Assembly (NCBI GenBank): GCA_001724265.1
Contig: MEDY01000176.1
Coordinates: forward strand, 1-56,471
Reading direction: 5' to 3'
DNA length: 56,471 bases
Origin: Rhizaria sp. SCN 62-66
Lineage: Eukaryota
Part shown: one piece after another, positions 39,923 through 50,059 of the stretch
Layout of the letters: every line of letters starts with the position of its first letter
Position numbering within the stretch: the stretch's first letter is position 1
Made by a program: the position numbers and the translations under genes
Notes under the pieces: model-generated
Databases searched by the model: none
Told to the model about the DNA's origin: nothing
The model's input: the letters and a program-made list of their open reading frames with translations, nothing else

Positions 39923-40733
39923 GCTGCCGACGCAGCTGCTGGGCGCGGGCGCGAGTCCCGACGGCGGGCTGGGCCCTGTGCTGGCGCCGTTCCGCTGCCG
40001 CGCGCGGCGGCCGCGCTACCCGCCAACGGCGTTGGTTTGGCCGCTGGTCCGGGCCGCGCTGGGCGCCGCGCTCGCGAACTGCGAGCCCCTCTTGCAGACC
40101 GGCCCCGCCGACTCTGACTCCGGCGCCGGCGCCGGTGCTGACGGTAGCGTGCGACATGGCGTGCTGCTGGAAGGCTTCCCGCGCACGCGCGAGCAGGCGC
40201 TGCTGTTGCACCAGTACCTGGCCTCGCGCGACGCCGCCGTGGACGTGGTGGTGACGCTCGCCGTCGGCGAGGCCGAGGCCGTGCGGCGCGCGCGCGCGCG
40301 GCGGATTGACCCCGTGACGGACATGTCGTATGCCGCCGCTGCCGCCGTTGGCGCTGCCGCGGAGCAAAGCGCGGGCAGCGGCGCCGAGGAGGGCGGCAAC
40401 GGCGAGGAAGAGGGCAAGCATCAGCAGCAACAGCAGCAACAACAGCAGACGAAGAACAAGGACTCGAGTAGCACTGTGCTGCTCTCACGCGTGGACGACC
40501 ACCCCCGCGCCGTACGCGCGCGCTACCGCGACTGGCTGGCGGGCCCGAGCGAGGCGCTGGACCTCACGCTGCGTCCGCTGCTGCCGCAGGCTTCGTTCAT
40601 CCAGATCCACCCCGCGAGCGCGGCGGGTGCGAGCGACGCCGCGTGCGGTAGTGCCAGCAGTTGCTATGAGTCGGCGCTTGAGCAGGTTGGCACTGCACTG
40701 GCCGCTCAGCGTGGGTTTGCCAAGGCGCTCTAA
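38187..40733 (+). CDS. Adenylate-kinase-like protein with an N-terminal MDH1B/PPIL6-like glutaredoxin-fold domain (~707 aa); exons 38187-38360, 38664-38921, 39042-40733
   Basis: N-term YKIVGAADCPYFLRAQRLA...PQDWPAYYQETCK...LVW...IVGG; P-loop GPPLSGKRT, HVHSGALL, VLLEGFPRTREQA, LID-like RRIDPVT...SRVDDHP; stop TAA. Confidence 0.75.
38361..38663 (+). other. Spliceosomal intron, 303 nt, phase 0
   Basis: AAG|GTTCGT ... GGCGCAG|CAA; AT-rich; in-frame join. Confidence 0.75.
38922..39041 (+). other. Spliceosomal intron, 120 nt, phase 0
   Basis: AAG|GTACGA ... TCTTTGCAG|CGT; AT-rich; in-frame join just before the P-loop strand. Confidence 0.85.
39559..39617 (+). repeat. (GAC)n repeat encoding poly-Asp
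   Basis: gacgacgacg... run translated NDDDDDDDDDDDYDEDSDDD. Confidence 0.9.
39879..39923 (+). repeat. (GCC)n repeat encoding poly-Ala
   Basis: gccgccgcc... run of about 15 Ala codons. Confidence 0.9.
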
Positions 40734-41184
40734 GCGCGTGAACCGAACGAGAATGAATAAGTGGAAAAATATGACTTATAGAACGACACAATTTCTGAAT
40801 ACACATGATTTTTTTCCCCTGGAAGCGACATGTATTTACCGTGTTTCTATGTTGAGATCTGCAACAAATATACAACAGAATGGATTTATCTGATATCCAA
40901 GCGGATGTGCTGGCGCAAGTTGTTGCTGCTCGTGCAACCTGTCAGCATGTACTCCGCTGCTTCGTTTCAAGGCTTAATATCGCCATGAATTGATTGTAGG
41001 CTTCATGTAACAACTTAAAAACATCAAATCTAACCTGTTCGAGAAATGCAGCATTTCTTACAGCAGTCTTTCACTGAGCTTAAATGTTGTTTTTCAAGTT
41101 ATCAGTCTTGTCTAACCCGTTACCCCTCCACGGTGTTTCTGTTTGTCCTACAATCACCTGAAACGATGGCAGGAGCTCCCCGCA

Positions 41185-41827
41185 ATGTTCATCAAGAACC
41201 TCCTTATGGGGATCTTTCTGATTGTACAGATTCTGCTCGGTCTAGTCTTCACTGCACTCGCGAGCTTTCTGGTTCACAGCAAGGCGTTTCCCTTTGCTTA
41301 CTTGTTCATGCCCTTCGCGCTCTTCTTCCTCGTCATCGGACTTGGTGGATTTCTCGCTGGATCAAGATGGGCCACAAAACTGTGGCTATATCTTACTACT
41401 ATTCATTTTCTCACCCAGGTTCGTCTTGTTGTCCTCTCCGTCACTTCGCTTCAAGTTGCTGGCTCGTGCAGCGCACTGTTCACTCACTGTCGCTCTAACT
41501 GATTTCATTATTGATGTATCTTTGCGATTAATTCCAATCACCTTGTAGCTTGCCATTATGTTTGCGTTTTTGTTCTGGTTTAACCGCGTCATCGGCCAGA
41601 TCCAAGACAACGACGGTGACGGCATGATCAACAACATCGTCTCCCTCGGCTTCGGCGTCCTCAAAGACTACCGCGTTTACATCACAGTTGCTGTTGGCCT
41701 TAACGCGGCGTTCGAGCTCATCGTGCTGCTTGTTACCGGGTGTCACTCACTTTCAAAGAGAGACACTGCAACCGCGGTGACGAAGCCACGACGTGCGCGC
41801 CCGCTGTCACCGTCTGCATTCGCCTAA
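41185..41827 (+). CDS. Four-TM tetraspanin-topology membrane protein A (~170 aa); exons 41185-41418, 41549-41827
   Basis: Four hydrophobic segments, short loop between TM1-2, longer loop between TM3-4; no CCG motif; stop TAA; start codon uncertain. Confidence 0.7.
41419..41548 (+). other. Spliceosomal intron, 130 nt, phase 0
   Basis: CAG|GTTCGT ... CCTTGTAG|CTT GCC ATT ATG; in-frame join within TM3. Confidence 0.8.
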
Positions 41828-42802
41828 CAAGTTAGATGGTAAGCTTACATGACGGAAGAATCGCCCTGTTGTCCGTCCATGTGGTCAAGAGTTATCACCA
41901 AGCACCTTTGTTTTAAAAACATATTTGTTCATTGTAGCACTTCAAGTTATCACAATCATGAGTCCTAATCACGAGGAAATTCACGACTGAAAGTGTGAAG
42001 TTCATGCTGTACTCGCGGAATTCGGTCTCAACTTCGTTTGCCTGATCGAACATTCCCCGCCGAAGCTCTTACATAACGATTTATCTGCGTCGTATGTGTT
42101 AGTCGGGGGGTACAGATGAGAACCGTAATCTCAGCCTTTTTGACAAGTTTTCATATGCGCTGGGCATGCGTTCGCCTGTGTTAATGTATGAATCCACAAG
42201 GAGTTCCATGTACTCTTATCAGCCGGACCATCAAAGGTAGAGACAAATTCAAAAGATACATTTTATTACTATTACAGTTCACCAGTACTAATAAAAAGCC
42301 AAGACCTCGTAACAACTCACAACGATATTGACAGTCGCCCCCAGAATCGTGGTACGAACGACAGAAACGATTCTAACAAAACAAGAACCCTGTGTTTACA
42401 CATGCTGATGCCGCAGCTGTCGTGGCTGCTGCTACAGTTGCTCCGGCCACAGCGGCCATCGACAGTAGTAGTCGCAGTAATAGCAAGTGACAGTACTCCA
42501 TACTCGATAAGCTTCAGACGCAGCTTAACATATATAATCCAGCATACTTATTTATAGCACACAATATTTATTGAATGACAAGACATTTATTTAGTCAAAA
42601 GCTCACTTTTTAACTTCAACACTGAACAATACACAGTGTACACAAATTCTACGAAATAACATCGAGCATATAATCGCACATTGTGCCGGTACACATCAGA
42701 ACATCAAGAATGACAACGCAATGTTTTATACAAATCAAACGGCTGCGTTAGCTGTTACGGTTCATAAAAATGCATGTAGTTTTACACGATTCTGGATGCA
42801 AC

Positions 42803-44011
42803 TTAGGCGGACTTGGCGAGCTCCTTGACCTTCGCGGGCGCGCAAATGGCCTGGCCGACCGCGTCGAAGAGTGCATCGGGCGCAACCGCGCGCACGGCAA
42901 GCCCAATCTGCGCGTCGGGCGTGGCGCGGTAGCGTGCGTGCGGGCGCGGCGATAGGACGGCGTCGGCGAGCACTTCGCACACGAACGACACGGGCGAGTA
43001 AAGCGTCATCGCCTTGGAGTTCTCAAGTGCGCACGCCGACATCATCGCGTAGGTCTTGGCCGCGCCGGGCTCCAGCAGGCTCAGCGCGGACGCGTCCGTG
43101 CTCGCCGCCGCCGCCGGCGCAGACTTGGCCTCAGCAGCGCCGGTCTCGGTCGCGCTGGCTGAGCTGGAGGAGTTGGAGGCGAGCGTGCCGATCGCGGTGT
43201 TGGTGAACTCAGTGCGCGTGCTGCCGGGCTCGACCGTGACGACGTTAACGCCAAACACGGCCAGCTCGGCACGGTACGCGTCGGCGATGGCCTCGAGTGC
43301 GTGCTTGGAGCTGCAGTAGAGCCCCATCATCGGGAAGCTCACCTTGCCGACCATGGAGCTGATGAACACCACCGAGGGCGTCACTGAGACGCGCCCGCGC
43401 GCGGCGCGCAGCAGCGGCAGGAAGGCGTTGGTAACGGCAATGGCGCCAAAGACGTTTGTGCGGAACTGCGCCTCGATGTTGGCCTCGGTGGCCGTCTCAA
43501 GCGCGCTGCCCTCGGCGTAGCCAGCATTGTTGACCACTGACTGCAGTGCGAGGCCCTCATTCTTGATCGCGCCCGCGACGGACGAGGCGGCAGCCGTAAC
43601 CGAGGCCGCGCTGGCAACGTCAAGAATCACGGCGCGGAGGCTGGAGCGCAGCGCGGCGGGCGCGGCGGCCTGCACCTTGTCGAAGTCGGCCTGCTTGCGG
43701 ACAGTGGCGAAGACGATGAAGCCCTCCTGTGCGAAGCGGACGGCGGATTGCGCGCCGATGCCCGTCGAAGTGCCCGTAATAAGCACGGCAGACTTGGCGG
43801 CAGGCGCAACGCGGCGGTTAAACGCAAACTTAAAGAGCAGTGCGGCGAGGAGCGCGGCGAGGAAGGAGACGGCAGCGATCTTGAGGCCGCCGGAGTAGAC
43901 GAAGACTGCTGCGCCGACCAGCCAGAAGACGCCGGTGCCGGCCTCGTTGAAAAAGGCGAGCGCCTTAAAGTAGTCTGGCGTCACGCGGAGAAAGCCAAGA
44001 ACACCGCTCAT
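42803..44011 (-). CDS. Short-chain dehydrogenase/reductase, retinol/17-beta-HSD-like, with N-terminal membrane anchor (~402 aa)
   Basis: ITGTSTGIG, FATVRK, LDV, VVNNAG, FISS, catalytic YCSSK, VEPG; stop TAA. Confidence 0.9.
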   Translation of the reverse strand: MSGVLGFLRVTPDYFKALAFFNEAGTGVFWLVGAAVFVYSGGLKIAAVSFLAALLAALLFKFAFNRRVAPAAKSAVLITGTSTGIGAQSAVRFAQEGFIVFATVRKQADFDKVQAAAPAALRSSLRAVILDVASAASVTAAASSVAGAIKNEGLALQSVVNNAGYAEGSALETATEANIEAQFRTNVFGAIAVTNAFLPLLRAARGRVSVTPSVVFISSMVGKVSFPMMGLYCSSKHALEAIADAYRAELAVFGVNVVTVEPGSTRTEFTNTAIGTLASNSSSSASATETGAAEAKSAPAAAASTDASALSLLEPGAAKTYAMMSACALENSKAMTLYSPVSFVCEVLADAVLSPRPHARYRATPDAQIGLAVRAVAPDALFDAVGQAICAPAKVKELAKSA

Positions 44012-45093
44012 TGTGAGAGTTGGTTTGACTGTCAGAGTGCGGGACGCAAAAGAAATCGCCGAGAATATTTGGAGCAAGCAGGAAAGTGAGATTTGTTCGG
44101 CTAACTGTCGATCGTTACTCGCGGATATTGACTGGTTGAATCGTGAATAGTCGTCAATCGTATATTATATCGCGAATAGTGTTCGCCTCAAATCGCTTCA
44201 CGATGTATATAGAGCTTGGAATGAGTCGCAAAAATTTACATCACAGGCGGGTGTCGGCCATTTGAGCAAACCACAAAACATCTCCCAACTCAATTATCAA
44301 CATGTAACGCACGCATATTTGGTCATATACCAACGTGGCTGCAATAATCACAATTCAAATAAAGTCTCACATTGCCAATGCTAATTATTTTATGTTGTCC
44401 TGTTCACGGCTGTAGAGATCCTCAGCCAATGACCCACGATAGCCACGGCGTTCGCGAAAACCTGGGTAGTAGGCACTCGCATACATCGCTGTTTTTACTT
44501 ATTAGCTCTCAAATTGCGTTTTCTGACAACGGCATGTATAATTACTGCCTTGAAATACATTTATATTGGCTAAAGGAAAGGTTATCAGGCATAAAAACCC
44601 GAACAAGTTCATGTTTCTTATGTTACTGCGTAAGCAATGAATGCGTCATATGCATTATCATGTTCAAGAACGGGGTAGTGTATGACAATGTGTGTATTTC
44701 AATTGTCGCTAAGTGCCAATGGAAAACAAAAGGGGGTCAAAAATAAAATTTTACAACAATACGCACAGAGATCGGGGAGAAGTTCTGACTGCGTCGATAG
44801 CTTATCAGAAAAGTAGCACATTGCTCGCACAGGAAGAGCAGCAGCAGCACTGAAACAAGTCGGCATAATGAGAACGCAAAAGAACTACAGAAGCACATGC
44901 GTGCGCATTATGGCTGGAGTGTTTTAGCAGCTGTTGATCACAAGAACACAGTAGTTACATTAAACTTGGAAGTGTGCAAACAAGCGATGTGTACAGTGCT
45001 GACTTGAAATGCGACATGTTCAAGTCACTAAGATGCAGTCTTCCATCATTTGTTGCTAGGTTTTGCGTTACGTTTTTAAGTACGCGCGGGTAC

Positions 45094-45603
45094 TTAGACG
45101 TTGACAGGCGTGGCGACGACGCGGCCGGCGGCGAGGCGGCGCGCGACCAGCTCCTCGTCCTTGCGCAGCGTGTACACGGTGAACATCAGCGTCACGAGCT
45201 CCAGCACCATGTGCGCGCCAACGCCAATGCAAATCCAGAACTGGAAGGAGTCGAGGTAGCCGACGCCTTGCTGCACGGCGGCCTCGTCGGCGCCGTCGAG
45301 CTTGTTGATGCTCTTGGTGAACTTGGAGAGGAAGGCGCCGACGAGCACGATGAACACGCCCTGCACGACGAGGTGGAAGAGCGCAAGCGGGACGAACAAC
45401 TTGCGCGAGCCAAGGCCGACAACGCCGACGATGAGGAAAAGGACAGCAACGGCAGCCACGATGTAGCCGACGGTGTTCGCAGTGTCTTTGTAGAGGACGT
45501 AGCCGGCGGCGGCGCCGAGGGCCAGAAAGGCAATAATCTCGATCACGTGGAAGATCTTCAGCACTGAGCGCAGCTTGGGGTTAGCGGTCATTGTAGGCGA
45601 CAT
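45094..45603 (-). CDS. Four-TM tetraspanin-topology membrane protein B (~169 aa)
   Basis: Intronless ORF with strong GC3 bias and four hydrophobic helices; similar to protein A at 41185-41827; stop TAA. Confidence 0.78.
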   Translation of the reverse strand: MSPTMTANPKLRSVLKIFHVIEIIAFLALGAAAGYVLYKDTANTVGYIVAAVAVLFLIVGVVGLGSRKLFVPLALFHLVVQGVFIVLVGAFLSKFTKSINKLDGADEAAVQQGVGYLDSFQFWICIGVGAHMVLELVTLMFTVYTLRKDEELVARRLAAGRVVATPVNV

Positions 45604-46444
45604 AATCGGGCGAAAACTATGCGTTGCACCGGTGTGTAGATAGACGGTGCGATGCGGCGAATACGGGTGCAAAAAAGTCGAGCATGATCGAGAACCGCTG
45701 AGAAACAGTTGAAGGAATATAACAAGGGGGTGCTGTTACCGCAGAATATTACTGTATCACATCTGGTAAATTGCCATTTCAAGTAAGATACCTCGTTTTC
45801 ATTTGCTTCTGACGGATGCTCTCACAAGGGTGGCTCGCAACAAATCGTTGAAAAGGCTTGTTGCTCAGAGCTGCCACGTCGAAGCAAATGTGTGTTAGAC
45901 GCTGTTTTTCAATTGTGTGAATGGCTGGAAGGTTATTATTCTGTGCATGTAAGTATTTTAAACGCTAGACCAGTTTCCTTTTGAGTTACTCTTGTGCCAT
46001 CTGCAATCACGTTCGTTTCATGCAAGTATTCAAGTCGCGAAGGTTGCTTCAAGTTGCCGCTGAGCAGCGCACGTCTGTGCAGACGGCCACAGTCTCACTA
46101 GCATGCTTCAAACTTAAACTAAAATTGTGTAATCAACCAGTCTCTATGATCACATTTATTGACAGTACTATTGAAAGCTTAAAAAATTCAATAAGTATCT
46201 GCAGATGCAACTTAAACAATGAGGTTGTGTATGAATGAACGCTGTTAGCAAACAAACTTATCGGTTGTTAATGCGACGCAGGATTAACATACAAAACTGA
46301 TCGAGAAAGTGAATAATAGTAAAAATATACCCATGGGTCATCACAATAAAAGAAATCGAAGCAATAAAACAAGAATACGCGACTGTGAGCACCAAATAGC
46401 CTTTTTGTCATCGCAATGATAAACGTTAACCATCGATTGAGCGC

Positions 46445-48165
46445 TCACTTCTTCACGACGTTGGTGCCGGGCGCGGCGGCGCGGTAGGTCTCGGGTGCGT
46501 CGCACTGCCCGCCGACGGGATTCGCGACGGAGCGGCAGACGTCGGGCGCCACGCAGTTGTAGCAGCGCAGCGGGTACTGCGCCGTCTCGTACGGGCGGCC
46601 CGACTTGAGGTGCGCGGCCACCAGCTGCGCCTGCGCCTCGGTCAGCAGCGGCTCGTCGTTGAGCGAGGGCGCGCGGCGGAAGTGCGTGATACCGGCCTCG
46701 GCGGCCTCCTCGGCGTACTCGATGTCCATCTCGTACAGCGTCTCGACGTGGTCCGACGTGAAGGCAATCGGGATCGCCAACACGTGGCGCACGCCCTCCT
46801 TGGCCAGCGCTGCGAGGGGGCGAGAACATATGTACGAAGCACAAATGAGCAAGAGTGAAACCTGGATGTAAGGTTAAAGGATGAACATCCCAGCTATGTC
46901 ATAACGGATGAAAGAGTTCGGAAAAAAATTGGCGCAATTCCGCATTATTATAAGCGATATTAGAGCGATATGTCTGGCAACGTACACTTGAGCGTCTCCG
47001 AGGTGGAGGGCGTGAGCCAGGGCAGGAAGCCGACCTTTGACTGCCATGCCAGCACGTAGGGGTTCTTGCCGCCGAGCTCCTTGTTGACCAGCTGCACGGT
47101 GTGCGCAACCTCGTGCGGGTAGCTGTCGCCCTGCGTGACCACCTTGACGGGCAGCGAGTGCGCGGAGAAGATGAGAACAACCTACGAACATCACGGTGCG
47201 CACAGTGCATACAGCACCAGCAGTAGCAACAAAGCCAGAAGTCAGGTATGGTGTAGTTATTTCTTAAATGTCGCATTAATCGTTCTATGATAAAGTTTGT
47301 TGACATTAAGATATTAAAAGCATGTTTTACATAATAAAATCAGAATAGCGTAAACGCATGTGACATTTAAAAAAATGTGTAGTCACGAGAGTACCTTGCT
47401 GCGGTCGACCTCCGGGGGAAACAGGTCCATGCCGAGCTTCACGCGCGCGGCGACGGCCTGAATGAACGTGGGGTGCTCGTGCCAGCGGTCGATCACGCTC
47501 CACACCTCCTTGCCCTCGGGCGCGTCCGCGCCCGGGCCTGCGGTGACCGTGCGCAGGCCGGTGGCGGTGTCCTTGCCCTTGACGGCGCGCCAGAGCGCCG
47601 CGAGCGAGGAACCCGTGGTGGTGCACGAGTACATGGGGTACTGCGGGAACGCCACAGCGCGCTCAACGCCGTCGCGGCGCATCTCGGCCAGCGCGTCCTC
47701 AGTGAAGGGCGCGGCGTAGCGGAACATGGGGTAGGCCTTGTGCGGCGCCGTGGCCGGGGAGAGCACGTCGAGGCGCGCGCACATGAGGTCGCCCTGCAGC
47801 TGCGTCCAGCGGCGCAGCGGCGAGCCCCCAATAGCGGCATACTGCGGGACGATCTTGGGCGCGCGGCGGCGGGCGGCCCAGGCGCCGAGGGGCTGGAGCT
47901 TGCCCAGGTTGATGATCATGTTGTCGCTGAAGAGGTTCACCAGGAAGGACTCGACGTCGCCCACGGTCTCGGGGCCGCCCATGTTGAGCATCGCAATGCC
48001 CGTCTTAACTTTGCGCGGAGATGCCGCGGCCCCGGTCGCGGAGACGGCGGCCGGGGCGGTCGGCGCGGCGGAGGAGAAGCTGGGACTCAGAGAGCGTGCG
48101 GAGACGGAGAGGGAAGAGAGCCGACTCAGACCGGTGCGCAGTGTGCGCTGGCTGCGGGAAAGCAT
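46445..48165 (-). CDS. FECH: Mitochondrial ferrochelatase with predicted [2Fe-2S] ligands (~443 aa); exons 48165-47395, 47181-46986, 46809-46445
   Basis: Arg/Ser-rich presequence; [71 protein letters not shown]-terminal [11 protein letters not shown]; stop TGA. Confidence 0.95.
46810..46985 (-). other. Spliceosomal intron, 176 nt, phase 1
   Basis: AAG T|GTACGT ... CTCGCAG|CG CTG gives TLKSLAKEG. Confidence 0.88.
47182..47394 (-). other. Spliceosomal intron, 213 nt, phase 0
   Basis: AAG|GTACTC ... TTCGTAG|GTT GTT CTC restores [11 protein letters not shown]. Confidence 0.88.
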
Positions 48166-48966
48166 TCTTGGTGTACTGTAACAAGGGAAATGCCGTGACA
48201 CGCGTACCAGAGCAAGGCAGAGACAAGATAGTGGTGTGAGGCGGTGCAAGGGAGCGAGGCAATGCTTCGGGGTCACATCAGAAAATGCAAAACCGTATCT
48301 GACGTGATCTCGGGGAATACTAAGTGTAATTAAGTCATGAATATGGATTCATGTATAATAATGCAACTAAATGCTATTCGGTGTGGCATAAGTTTTCTCG
48401 ACGATGTATACGAGTAGATATAGAAGGAAAGATGATGCATCGGGTGAGATACAGAAAGACCGTGTTTGGGGTCGACGACGTGTGGCATGCAAAATAAATA
48501 TCTCGCATATCACAGGGTCATCGTCAACTCGTCTAGTTTAACATTGCCCGTGGACCTTTTAGTGCGAAATCCCTTTTCTATTTTCAGAGTCCTTACTCCG
48601 TGAATGTGTTGCTTGGTATACGCTCATTGAGATTGCAACGGCGACGTCTCCCTCTTAAACGTAGTCGCCATTGTCAGTCTCACTCCTAGATACCAAGCTA
48701 AACAATGTCTTGTAGAGATACGCTCTCAGTATGTTTGATTTTATGTTATATATTCTTAGATCCGTAACTTTTACCCACTGAAACTCTTGTTTGCGTCGCG
48801 TCACGCGCTCTTTACTTCTCTCTTCCAGACAGTTTCTCGAACTCGTCGTCGCAAGTGCACTTAGCTCTCTGCACACCGACACAACGAAAACGCTGACACC
48901 GCTCTCATCTACCCAACTTGACAGCCAGTTTTACTTCACGCTCCCGTTGCTGTCCTTGTGCGCTTG

Positions 48967-50028
48967 ATGCCAAAGGGGCGCCGTGGCCAGTCGGGCAGTG
49001 CCGCTCCCCCATCCCACTCCTCCCCCACCAGCGCCAGCAGCACGGCGAAGGGCCCCAACATATCCACAAGCTCGCCGTCCCGCGCCGCCCCTGCGCCGGA
49101 GTCCTTTAGCGTTGTGGCGAACACGCTGGCAGAGCCCCTGCTGTCCCCCTACTCTTCTACAGCCTCCTCAAACCACAGCAACAGCTACAGCAGCGCAAAC
49201 GCGGGCGCGTACACCAACTCGACCAACAACCCTGCCGGCGCGAACAGCGGCCCTATGTCGACTTACTCCTCGCCGTCTCTCTTGCTCTTCAAGCCCGCCG
49301 CTCACGCTGATGCGGACAGCCCCTGCAACGCCAACGGCAGTCACGACGCTGTCGCCGCTGCCACTGCGACCGTTGCGGGCGCGCAGTCCGAGGCGGACGC
49401 GCTCGTCGCGTCGCCGACCTTTTTTTTCGGCCCTGACCAGTCGCTGGTGTCTCCGCCGCAGCCCGCGCGCACGCTGTCCAACGACAGCGTTGACAACGAC
49501 AACGACGATGGCCTTGATAGCGGCGGCGGCGGCGCGGGCGTGGGCTTGCGCAGCCAGCTCGTCGGCGGCACTGTCGTTGCGAACGCTCTAAGTGGCGCTG
49601 GCCGTGGTGGCAACGCTCACGGCCACTCTGCTGCTCGCGATGGTCGCGGTCACGGTTACGGTCACGATGGTAGCGCCGGCGACGGCGCCGGAGAGAGTGG
49701 GCTTCTCCTGATATCGACTACCTCGTCCGACTACATCCCAGGCTCCGACCGCACGCACGGCGACAACGCCACGCACGCGCACGCCCACGGCAATAGCGGT
49801 CTGAGCAGTGCGAGCAGCGCAAGCGGCCAGCGTGGTGCCAGCGCCAAGGGGTACTCAGCCGTGGCGGGAGACCCGTACAATCACCACGCCGACGAGTACT
49901 CGATCAACACTCACGGCCCCCGCAACGCTGCCGGAGCCAACGCCGGCAGCAGACCCGCGCACGCTGCGCGTGCGAAAAGCAACAAAACGGGGGTGCGTGG
50001 CATCGTGCACTTTGCCGGCAACGCAACT

Positions 50029-50059
<31 letters not shown>

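Noticed and set aside
42401-42490. Short GC-rich Ala/Ser-coding-like island in the intergenic region
   Set aside because: About 30 codons with no start or splice context; probably a degenerate triplet repeat in UTR.
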